Part shown: piece after piece, positions 48,464 through 56,590 of the stretch
Numbering within the stretch: the stretch's first letter is position 1
How the letters are laid out: every line of letters begins with the position of its first letter
Assembly: GCA_964608465.1 (NCBI GenBank)
Contig: CAZSNI010000001.1
Coordinates: forward strand, 16,215 to 80,214
Direction of reading: 5' to 3'
Origin: an uncultured Candidatus Saccharibacteria bacterium
GTDB lineage: Bacteria; Patescibacteriota; Minisyncoccia; Phycocordibacterales; DATDWN01
DNA: 64,000 bases
Notes under the pieces: model-generated
What the model was told of the DNA's origin: nothing
The model's database searches: none
What the model saw: only the letters and a program-made list of their open reading frames with translations
Position numbers and translations under genes: made by a program

Positions 48464-48970
48464 CTAGAGATTATTTTTTAAAGTGGTAGCTCTTTCAATA
48501 ATCTTTTCACCGATAACTCCCCAATCAAAATATTTTTTATGATCTTTTGGATTTATTAATTTCATTTCAGTTATAGTTCCAGCTGGATCAGAAACAAATG
48601 TCCCATATGGTCGGGCGGTGCAAGCATAGCGCAACTGATAAATATAAGAACTGTCACGAGTATCTATACATTTTTGGTATCCTACAGGTGCAAAATTCAG
48701 AACTTCCATATTTGATTCTTCTTTTATTTCTCTCTTAAGAGTTTGTTCAAATGTTTCACCTTTTTCAATACTGCCACCAACAAGGCCCCAAGTATTTTTA
48801 TTTCCATGATATACAATAACTATCTCCTCTCCATAAAAACACGCAGCATAAGTTTGTCTGCATAAGTCGTAGTCTAAATGTTCAAATGAATCAGTCTCAA
48901 AGTATTCAAAAATATATTTAACTCCAGAATGTCCGATATATTCATTTGTGGCAAGTGGTTTTAATTCCAT
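48464..48970 (-). CDS. NUDIX hydrolase
   Basis: GGSIEKGETFEQTLKREIKEES Nudix box. Confidence 0.88.
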   Translation of the reverse strand: MELKPLATNEYIGHSGVKYIFEYFETDSFEHLDYDLCRQTYAACFYGEEIVIVYHGNKNTWGLVGGSIEKGETFEQTLKREIKEESNMEVLNFAPVGYQKCIDTRDSSYIYQLRYACTARPYGTFVSDPAGTITEMKLINPKDHKKYFDWGVIGEKIIERATTLKNNL

Positions 48971-48999
48971 AATAAAATTATAACAAATTATTCTTTCTG

Positions 49000-49261
49000 C
49001 GGATGGTACAGGACTTAAACCTTATAAACAAAGCGGAGAGTAGGAGATTTGAACTCCTGAGGGAATTTCTTCCCTACCCGCTTTCCAAGCGAGCGCACTA
49101 GACCGCTATGCGAACTCTCCGCTTTATTTATAAACTTTCCAACGTAGGTCACGAATAATTTTTTGCTAAAAATTTTCTTGACCACACCTCGCACCGACGT
49201 GCTCCGGTTTTGAAATGTCCCTAACCCACATTTCAACACCAGACCGCTATGCGAACCATCC
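49000..49261 (-). ncRNA. tRNA-like shell enclosing tRNA-Ser
   Basis: 5' GGATGGTTCGCATAGCGGTCTGGTG; 3' AGGTTTAAGTCCTGTACCATCCG; 7-bp acceptor pairing. Confidence 0.55.
49034..49120 (-). tRNA. tRNA-Ser(GGA)
   Basis: GGAGAGT/ACTCTCC acceptor, CTCGC-TTGGAAA-GCGGG, long variable arm, T-loop TTCAAAT; CCA not encoded. Confidence 0.93.
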
Positions 49262-49280
49262 AAAATAATATTCTATATTA

Positions 49281-49313
49281 AAAACGAGGAGGTGACGAAC
49301 GTGTCACCTCCTC
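49281..49313 (-). terminator. Terminator of unit J
   Basis: GAGGAGGTGAC-GAACGT-GTCACCTCCTC with T-tract on the minus strand. Confidence 0.7.
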
Positions 49314-49840
49314 TACTCATCCGCCGCACAAACGACAACTACGTCCGAGAGCAGACGATAGTTGTGGTCCTGCTCGACCCAGGCGTGCATGTTGCGACCG
49401 TGGAGGAACTGCGGGAGCCAGAACTTGTCTCCCGGCAAAAGGTTCAGTCGTGGAATGCTGTGTACGCGATGGAAACCAGGACTACGCATTTCCTCTGTTG
49501 AACGGATCTCCCCGTACCAGAACTGTGTGACGTAAACATACACGTCGCAATTGACCACACGGCCGTCTTCTTTGTGGTTTGCGAAATGCACCACACCAAC
49601 ACAGTTGAACACATCCTGCTCGACTGCTTCGTCGGGAATAGTTGCGCCTCCAGTTTCTTCCTTGAACTCGCGCATGGCACACTCGTGGATTGACTCACCA
49701 GGCTCTACTCCACCTCCCCACCCGTTGAGATACCCCACCCCGATGCCACGCATTTTCGTTGCGAGCATCAGGTTGTTACCACGACGCGGAAACACGAGAG
49801 TCGCTACAAGCGGTGGATCACCATTTGCCTGCATAGGCAC
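49313..49840 (-). CDS. MutT/MTH1-like NUDIX hydrolase (GC-rich unit J)
   Basis: RGIGVGYLNGWGGGVEPGESIHECAMREFKEETG, D.FWLP; start may be ATG 49834. Confidence 0.85.
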   Translation of the reverse strand: MPMQANGDPPLVATLVFPRRGNNLMLATKMRGIGVGYLNGWGGGVEPGESIHECAMREFKEETGGATIPDEAVEQDVFNCVGVVHFANHKEDGRVVNCDVYVYVTQFWYGEIRSTEEMRSPGFHRVHSIPRLNLLPGDKFWLPQFLHGRNMHAWVEQDHNYRLLSDVVVVCAADE

Positions 49841-49890
49841 CCTTTCCTTTCTTTTGAAAATACTATACTTATTTACAACTTTTTCAAGAA

Positions 49891-50250
49891 CTATTTAGTA
49901 TTTAAATTTTCTCTAACGTTCTTAATATTTCTAATGTTTAATCTAAAAAAATAAATTAAAACTAAACTGTACAGACTAAAAAATAAGCCTTTATACCCAA
50001 ACCCTAATAAGCTAGAAATTAAATAGATCCAGGCAATTACCCATAAACAAATATTTAAAAAAATCATTAAACGATACATCCACCTCCATTCAAATAAAAC
50101 TCCTAGTATAATAGGCAAAATTAAAATAAAAATTGCAATAACTGTGGAAAAATATATTGAATCTAAATTAGTATCACTAATTAAAAATAATATAAATGGT
50201 GAAAGTACTGCTATAGTGGTCCAATATTTTGAATTTTTATCTTTAATCAT
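49891..50250 (-). CDS. Membrane protein
   Basis: Very AT-rich hydrophobic 119-aa ORF. Confidence 0.6.
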   Translation of the reverse strand: MIKDKNSKYWTTIAVLSPFILFLISDTNLDSIYFSTVIAIFILILPIILGVLFEWRWMYRLMIFLNICLWVIAWIYLISSLLGFGYKGLFFSLYSLVLIYFFRLNIRNIKNVRENLNTK

Positions 50251-50280
50251 AGTATTTATTTAATAAATATTCTAATCTAA

Positions 50281-50700
50281 CTAGTCAATTAAGTCACTGA
50301 GATCCGGAGAAAAATATTTTGGACCTTTTAAAACTTTGCCATCTTCTCTAAAAATAGGTTTTCCATCCTCACCCAGCTTACTCATATTTGACTCACAAAC
50401 TCGCACAAAAGCTTCACCCAACTTTGCTAGGGGTTTTAGCGCTACAGATGTTCCTGAAAGCACAAGCTGAACGTCAGCCATTTCTTTGAGAATATTTAGA
50501 TACAACTCCTGTGGAACTTCTTCTCCTTTTTCCAAGTGTAGAATCGCTTCGTCTATGTCAGAAAAAAGTTCTTTTACTTCTTCACCAATTAAAGTCTTTC
50601 TGAGTTGCAAAATTTTCACTGTAGGGTCTTCGTTCACATCCAAACCAAAAGCTTCATGAAATTCTTTTATATATTCTTCTCGAGTTTTATTTTCTTTCAT
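50281..50700 (-). CDS. MazG-like/PRA-PH family NTP pyrophosphohydrolase
   Basis: EFHEAF, LIGEEVKE, KEMAD, SNMSK..REDGKVLKG. Confidence 0.85.
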   Translation of the reverse strand: MKENKTREEYIKEFHEAFGLDVNEDPTVKILQLRKTLIGEEVKELFSDIDEAILHLEKGEEVPQELYLNILKEMADVQLVLSGTSVALKPLAKLGEAFVRVCESNMSKLGEDGKPIFREDGKVLKGPKYFSPDLSDLID

Positions 50701-50701
50701 T

Positions 50702-51304
50702 TTATTTTATTTCTGAATAAGTAGTAACTTTATTCCTCCCTGTTTCTTTTGCACTGTATAAGGCCTCATCCGCATGTCTTACCATATCTTCAAAGGTTTT
50801 ACCCTCTTCAAACTCTGCTACACCAATACTGATGGTGATTTTAAGTTCGCTTGGATTTTCAAAAACCATTTGCTCTACCTCGCCACGGATCTGCTCTGCC
50901 TTCTTTTTCGCCTGCTCTTCGTTAGCACCAAGCAAAATCGCCACAAACTCCTCACCGCCCCATCTTGCAACTATGTCGCCAACTCGCAGATCTTTTTTAA
51001 GAGTGTCTGCAACTTTTTGCAAAACCGAGTCTCCCACTGAATGACCATATGTATCGTTTATTTTTTTGAAATGATCTATATCAAAAAATAGAAAAGAAAT
51101 ATCGTTGAAACCAGCCCACTCTCTTCTGTGGTTTTCTTTTATTTTTTGTGTGTTACCTAAATAACCTTTTGATTTCTCTTCAAAGTATCCTCTGTTTTTT
51201 AGAGATGTTAGTTTGTCATGCGACAAATTGTGTTCGAGTTCTCGAACTTTCTCCTCTAATTCTAGAGCTTTCTTTAGTAATTCTTCGTGTGTTAAATCTT
51301 TCAT
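50702..51304 (-). CDS. Diguanylate cyclase (GGDEF domain)
   Basis: DIDHFKKINDTYGH..GD, RxxD I-site, RWGGEEF, ALYSAKETGRN. Confidence 0.92.
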   Translation of the reverse strand: MKDLTHEELLKKALELEEKVRELEHNLSHDKLTSLKNRGYFEEKSKGYLGNTQKIKENHRREWAGFNDISFLFFDIDHFKKINDTYGHSVGDSVLQKVADTLKKDLRVGDIVARWGGEEFVAILLGANEEQAKKKAEQIRGEVEQMVFENPSELKITISIGVAEFEEGKTFEDMVRHADEALYSAKETGRNKVTTYSEIK

Positions 51305-51359
51305 ACTAGGATTCTAACATATGTGCAGAGTGTGAATGGTCAGACCCTTGCACACCCTA

Positions 51360-51489
51360 TAGAAACTTTCATAATTTGGATGAGATACGATGTTGAGTAA
51401 TTGAAAATACGAGAAGCCTTACAAGTAGTAAGGTGACGAGAATTTTTAATTACAAAACAAGTAGATCGCCAAATTTGGAAGTTTCACTA
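51360..51489. repeat. Long imperfect palindrome
   Basis: GAAACTT..AATTTGG..GTAATT..CCTTAC/GTAAGG..AATTAC..CCAAATT..AAGTTTC. Confidence 0.7.
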
Positions 51490-52365
51490 CCAAGATCCAG
51501 ACGATCCTCCTCCTCCGGAACTACCCCCACCAAATCCACCAAACCCTCCCCCTCCGGAGCCACCTCTTCCTCCACCACTCATCCACCAAGGGTTCACGCC
51601 GTTTGCGCGTGCATTTGTGTATGACTTTGAAACAAGATAGTCAAACAACAGCCCAAGAAGCACGAGAACAATGACCATTGGAACAGCGATGATAAATGAG
51701 GCGACAAAAAAGTTCCACAAAATAATTCCGAGTACGCCCCCAACAACTCCTCCTCCCCACCATGATTTTGATCTAGAAAGTAGTGACAGAATTATTTGGA
51801 AGAAGATAATAAATATCCAAAAAATAAATTCAAAGTTAAAACCCGAACTACTTTTTTCTGAATAGTTTTCTGGAACAATATTGTTTCCACCAAGCGCCTC
51901 TATCATTTTATCCACCGCCCCGTTTATTCCCAAGTTATAGTCCCCCACTCGAAACGCCGGAGTGACAATGTCTCTCTGTATATATGAAGTACCAATATCA
52001 GTAAGATCCCCCTCGACACCATAGCCAGTGTGAATACGAGTTTTTCGGTCAGTCAGAGAAACAAGAAAAAGCACCCCGTTGTTTTTGTCTGCTTTTCCTA
52101 TGCCCCATTTTGTAAAAATTTCTTGTGCAACGTTTTCTACCGTATCTCCATCTAGTGAGTTTATGGTCACAACCGCGATTTCATTTGTGCTGTTTTTCTC
52201 AAAGCTCTGAAGTTTATTCTCCAATGCAGTTACCTGCTCTGCCGTAAGTATTCCAGCGTAGTCCTGTACAAAACCAGTCGGCTTTTCTGGCACAGTAAAA
52301 GCAAAAGTAACAATTGGAATAACAAAAGCAAATATGGTTAGAAATATTTTTGAAGAAAAACGCAT
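51487..52365 (-). CDS. TPM-domain protein (YgcG-like)
   Basis: WGIG..NNGVL..GYGVEG; Gly-rich tail; near lemA. Confidence 0.9.
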   Translation of the reverse strand: MRFSSKIFLTIFAFVIPIVTFAFTVPEKPTGFVQDYAGILTAEQVTALENKLQSFEKNSTNEIAVVTINSLDGDTVENVAQEIFTKWGIGKADKNNGVLFLVSLTDRKTRIHTGYGVEGDLTDIGTSYIQRDIVTPAFRVGDYNLGINGAVDKMIEALGGNNIVPENYSEKSSSGFNFEFIFWIFIIFFQIILSLLSRSKSWWGGGVVGGVLGIILWNFFVASFIIAVPMVIVLVLLGLLFDYLVSKSYTNARANGVNPWWMSGGGRGGSGGGGFGGFGGGSSGGGGSSGSW

Positions 52366-52378
52366 AGTTTTTTCTGTT

Positions 52379-53218
52379 TTAAAGTACAGGAGACTCTGCA
52401 GTCACACTTTTCAAGTTAACCCAAACTACTACAAGAAGAATAAGTGTCGGCACTAGCATAGGCATTGGCATTCCCAAAAAGAAGAACAGAACTGACAGAA
52501 GTGTTGGCAAAGTAACAGCGTACATAGAAACACTGTATGACTTTTTGTAACTTAGGTTTACTTTTTTCAATTTTGAAAGAAGCATAACTAGCAGTGCTGC
52601 AACAAGTAGATAAACTAATTTGAACATGTATGCAACAAGAACTCCCACCAAGATAAGTAGTGGTACCGCGCCAGAAAGCACTCTTGAAATTGAATCTGTT
52701 TTTAAGAACCATCTTGTTAAGTTTTCATAGTTCACAGTAAAGTCTGGAATATCTTTAAGTGGAGTAATATTTACTCTGCCATCACTACCCTCCACAACAA
52801 AACTATCTTTAGTTAAAAGTATAATTGTTTTATAACTTCTGAATTTTTCTAAGTTAAAATCATTTTTGGTGTCGATAACCAAAACATTATCAAAATCCTC
52901 TACTTCTTTATCCATCGCTTTCAGATTTGCAGGAGCAGGTACAAAGTAAGGTTCTGTAGCGTTTGTTGAAGCGATACCACCTTGAATTTTAACTTCTAGA
53001 TCTTTCGGGTAGTTCTGCTCTATTTTATTTCTTGCATCAACTAGAAATTCCTTTATGTTTGGAACTACCATAAAAGAACTAGTTAGTGAAAAAACCAAAG
53101 CCAAAACTAAAGAAAGTTTCAGAAAATATTTGAATGGGCCTTTTTCTCTGCCTTCCACTACATCAGAATAAAACGCAGGATTATATACACTAGATTTAAT
53201 TTTGTTTAAAAAACTCAT
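52379..53218 (-). CDS. DUF1189-like membrane protein
   Basis: TM, extracellular domain, then several TMs; YAVTLP. Confidence 0.65.
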   Translation of the reverse strand: MSFLNKIKSSVYNPAFYSDVVEGREKGPFKYFLKLSLVLALVFSLTSSFMVVPNIKEFLVDARNKIEQNYPKDLEVKIQGGIASTNATEPYFVPAPANLKAMDKEVEDFDNVLVIDTKNDFNLEKFRSYKTIILLTKDSFVVEGSDGRVNITPLKDIPDFTVNYENLTRWFLKTDSISRVLSGAVPLLILVGVLVAYMFKLVYLLVAALLVMLLSKLKKVNLSYKKSYSVSMYAVTLPTLLSVLFFFLGMPMPMLVPTLILLVVVWVNLKSVTAESPVL

Positions 53219-53239
53219 TATATTGCACCTAAAGGTGAG

Positions 53240-53833
53240 TTAGTTAGTAAAATCTACTACAGGGTTAACTTGTGCTGCATCAGAAACCTCAAAGTATGCT
53301 CTCTCGTCTACTCCAAAAATCATAGCGACAAGAGATGATGGGAATACTTTTACACTTGTGTTAAAAACTTTTACCAAGTCATTGTATTTCATTCTTTCAA
53401 CTGAAATTCTGTTTTCTGTTCCTTCTAGAGAAACGATAAGATCTCTGTAAGCTTGAGAAGACTGAAGTGTAGGGTAAGCCTCTGCGATAACAAGTAGTCT
53501 TCCTAGAGCACCTTCTACTTGTGATGCTGCCTGAGCTTTTTGGTCTGGAGTTGTTGCACCAGAGTATTTTGTTCTAGCATCAGCAATAGCAGTGAAAACT
53601 GCTGTTTCCTGAGCTGCTACTCCTTTTACTGTGTTTACAATGTTTGGGATAAGGTCGAAGCGTCTTTGGTACTGGTTTTCTACTTGTGACCACTGTGCTG
53701 TGATAGATTCGTTACTTTTTACAAAGCCGTTTTTAATACCAACAGCCCAGAAAGCTAAAACTACCAAAACCGCCAAAACTACTAGCCATTTCATGTTTCT
53801 CTGTAAAAATCCTTTTTCTTGTGTTTGTTCCAT
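53240..53833 (-). CDS. lemA: LemA family protein
   Basis: YQRRFDLIPN, EAYPTL, GTENRI..R..YN. Confidence 0.93.
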   Translation of the reverse strand: MEQTQEKGFLQRNMKWLVVLAVLVVLAFWAVGIKNGFVKSNESITAQWSQVENQYQRRFDLIPNIVNTVKGVAAQETAVFTAIADARTKYSGATTPDQKAQAASQVEGALGRLLVIAEAYPTLQSSQAYRDLIVSLEGTENRISVERMKYNDLVKVFNTSVKVFPSSLVAMIFGVDERAYFEVSDAAQVNPVVDFTN

Positions 53834-53890
53834 ATTTATAAGTTTATTTGTTAAGTTTTAATCCCTGGCATTATACCATATTTCCCCCAA

Positions 53891-53937
53891 AGGAAAATCC
53901 GTCACCACCATGGAGACGAATCCCCTTGTGTGACGGA
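53891..53937 (-). terminator. Two-tier hairpin ending unit K
   Basis: TCCGTCAC...GTGACGGA-TTTTCCT on the minus strand. Confidence 0.65.
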
Positions 53938-53952
53938 CGCTTTGAGTCAGAA

Positions 53953-54288
53953 CTACCAGAACTCGAGAGGGCCTCCAAAATTCCTTCGTAGGACCCTTTT
54001 TAGTTTGACTCTTTCTGAATCTGACAGCAGTTTTACTTTAACTGCCATAACCCCCTTACTGGACCCTCTGAGCTGGTACTCTTTGCCGACCACTATGCCG
54101 GCGACGACTACAAAACTCCTCCGCCCGACCGAGACATGATGACCGACGATCGTTCCGTACTTGCGAGACTTGTATCGGTAAGTAAGACCGTGGGTCTCGG
54201 GCACATCAATCCAGTCTGAAGTGACTTCATCCCGGATAATGTACTCATCAAATCTCACCTGGGGCCTCTTTGGAATGGTTCTGGGCAC
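53953..54288 (-). CDS. Basic orphan protein (GC-rich unit K, 111 aa)
   Basis: AAGGAGGTGAT-AAAA-GTG; TTGACG-N17-TATTTT upstream. Confidence 0.7.
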   Translation of the reverse strand: MPRTIPKRPQVRFDEYIIRDEVTSDWIDVPETHGLTYRYKSRKYGTIVGHHVSVGRRSFVVVAGIVVGKEYQLRGSSKGVMAVKVKLLSDSERVKLKRVLRRNFGGPLEFW

Positions 54289-54401
54289 TTTTATCACCTC
54301 CTTCCAAAAACAAAATAACACCGAATTACTTGTTCGTCAATTAACACAGGATGACAAGACCGGTTGCATTATTTCACAAATCTAGTACTATAGTATTCAT
54401 T

Positions 54402-54641
54402 ATGAGTATTGTTCAGAGTTTCCCGCAGTTAATACCGATAGTCCAGATAGTGCTATCTATACTACTTATAGGAGGAATCCTACTACAACAATCAGAATCT
54501 GGTTTGGGTAGTGCAATGGGTGGAGGAGATGGTTTTTCATCTGGTCATCATACAAAAAGAGGAGCTGAGAAGTTCATCTTTGTTTCTACTATAGTTGTTG
54601 CGGTACTATTCGTAGCCGTATCGTTCAGCCTCTTATTCTAA
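54402..54641 (+). CDS. secG: Preprotein translocase subunit SecG
   Basis: ILLQ..GLG..GG..TKRGAEK between two TMs. Confidence 0.9.
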   Translation: MSIVQSFPQLIPIVQIVLSILLIGGILLQQSESGLGSAMGGGDGFSSGHHTKRGAEKFIFVSTIVVAVLFVAVSFSLLF

Positions 54642-54643
54642 TA

Positions 54644-54763
54644 AATTTTCCAAATCTAGCGCACTTCTTTGTCGCTTCAATTTTTTACTCCCGCACTGTA
54701 CTAAATGTACAGCTTGGTCCTAAAAAATCTTGCTTCTCGAATTGCATCTAGATTTTAAAAATT
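54644..54763. repeat. Long imperfect palindrome (RPE-like centre)
   Basis: AATTTT..AAATCTAG..GCA...CTGTAC-TAAAT-GTACAG...TGC..CTAGATTT..AAAATT. Confidence 0.7.
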
Positions 54764-54820
54764 CTTATTTATCTGAGTTGGCTAGTAGAAATACTCTAAT
54801 TTATCATTAAATAATCAATT

Positions 54821-56569
54821 GTGAACAGAGAAAAATTTCAAGAACTATTACACAAAGAGTGGAATATTGGGGTTTTAGAAAAAATAATGAACGTAGTTAG
54901 GTCTTTCTCACTAACAGAGAAAACCTTATTCGTTATATTTTCTATCATTTTTATAGGAAGCGGTCTGTCTATGCTTTATAAAGTTAACAGGTCTTTTCTT
55001 GTAGAAGTTCCTGACTACGGTGGATCTCTAACAGAAGGAGTGGTTGGCGCACCAAGATTTATCAACCCTCTTTTGGCAACTAGTGACACTGACAGAGACT
55101 TAACTACACTTATTTACTCTGGACTAATGAAAATCGACGATCAGGGAAAACTTATTCCAGACATAGCAGAGAGCTATACAGTCTCTGATGACGAACTAAA
55201 TTATGTTTTTACTATCAAAGATAATGTGTACTTTCATGATGGAGAAAAACTTACAGTAGACGATGTAATTTACACAATTGAAAAAGCCCAAGACCCAGAA
55301 CTTAAAAGCCCACGCGAGGCAAACTGGGTAGGTGTTAAAGTTGAAAGAATAGACGATAAAACTATAGCTTTCAATTTGAAACAAGCTTACGCACCTTTTT
55401 TACAAAACACTACGCTGGGTATTCTTCCTAGACACATTTGGAAAGATGCTAGTCTAGAAGAGTTCCCTTTTAGTCAGTACAATATAAAACCTGTCGGGAC
55501 TGGACCGTACAAAATAGAATCGATTGCTTACAACGACAGTGGACTTCCAAAAGAATACCACCTACAGTCTTTCAATAAATATGCTCTTGGAAAACCATTT
55601 ATAACAAACATAAACATCAAATCGTATTCAAACGAGAATGAAGTTATCAGCGCATACAAAAATGGTGATATAGAAAGTTTGCACAGCATCTCGCCAAAAC
55701 AACTTCCAAATCTAAAAATAGAGAAAGACGAGATCTTACTTTCACCGCTACCAAGAATATTCGGACTATTTTTCAACCAAAACGTAGCAGGAGTTTTTGT
55801 TTATAAAGAAGTTAGACAGGCACTAGATATGGCGGCAGACAAAGACGCCATCATAGAAGAAGTTCTGGACGGATATGGAAAATCTATAAATAGCCCTGTT
55901 CCAACAAAAGACATAGAAACGAAAGTTGCAGTAGAAGATATCGCGTTAAGAGTTGAGAAGGCAAAAGAGCTTCTAACAAAAAATGGATGGAAACAAAACG
56001 CTGGAGGAATTTTTGAAAAGAAAGAAACAAAAGGAACTACACGACTTTCATTTTCGATTTCTACAGGAAATGCCCCAGAGTTAAAAGAAGCGGCCTATCT
56101 TTTACAGAAACAATGGCAACTTATCGGAGCAGATGTTGAGGTTAAAATATTTGAAATTGGAGACTTAAACCAAAATATAATTAAACCAAGAAAGTATGAC
56201 GCCCTGTTGTTTGGAGTAATAGTCGGCAGAGATATGGATATATACCCTTTCTGGCATTCATCTGGAAGAGTTAGCCCAGGACTCAACATTGCAATGTATG
56301 CAAACGTAAAAGCAGATAGACTACTAGAGAACATAAGAAAGACGAGTGACGAAGCGGAGAAACAGACATACATAGACAGTTTCAATGCTGAAATTAAAAA
56401 TGATATGCCTGCCGTGTTTACATACTCACCTTATTTCATCTATATAGTCCCGAAAAAAGTTCAGAATGTTAACCTTGGACTACTTACCAATCCAGGTGAA
56501 AGGTTTGTGGATGTAAACAAGTGGTATATAGAAACAAATGATGTTTGGGAAATATTTAAAAAAAATTAA
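54821..56569 (+). CDS. ABC peptide-binding protein (family 5, OppA-like)
   Basis: INPL..IYSGL..FHDG..DDVIYT, PVGTGPY. Confidence 0.9.
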   Translation: MNREKFQELLHKEWNIGVLEKIMNVVRSFSLTEKTLFVIFSIIFIGSGLSMLYKVNRSFLVEVPDYGGSLTEGVVGAPRFINPLLATSDTDRDLTTLIYSGLMKIDDQGKLIPDIAESYTVSDDELNYVFTIKDNVYFHDGEKLTVDDVIYTIEKAQDPELKSPREANWVGVKVERIDDKTIAFNLKQAYAPFLQNTTLGILPRHIWKDASLEEFPFSQYNIKPVGTGPYKIESIAYNDSGLPKEYHLQSFNKYALGKPFITNINIKSYSNENEVISAYKNGDIESLHSISPKQLPNLKIEKDEILLSPLPRIFGLFFNQNVAGVFVYKEVRQALDMAADKDAIIEEVLDGYGKSINSPVPTKDIETKVAVEDIALRVEKAKELLTKNGWKQNAGGIFEKKETKGTTRLSFSISTGNAPELKEAAYLLQKQWQLIGADVEVKIFEIGDLNQNIIKPRKYDALLFGVIVGRDMDIYPFWHSSGRVSPGLNIAMYANVKADRLLENIRKTSDEAEKQTYIDSFNAEIKNDMPAVFTYSPYFIYIVPKKVQNVNLGLLTNPGERFVDVNKWYIETNDVWEIFKKN

Positions 56570-56590
56570 TAATAAATAACAGTAAAGAAA

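Noticed and set aside
49000-49261. tmRNA, or an att-site duplication of tRNA-Ser
   Set aside because: No alanine-type acceptor with a G3-U70 pair; the 5' copy is upstream, the 3' copy downstream, and the changes are compensatory rather than a direct repeat
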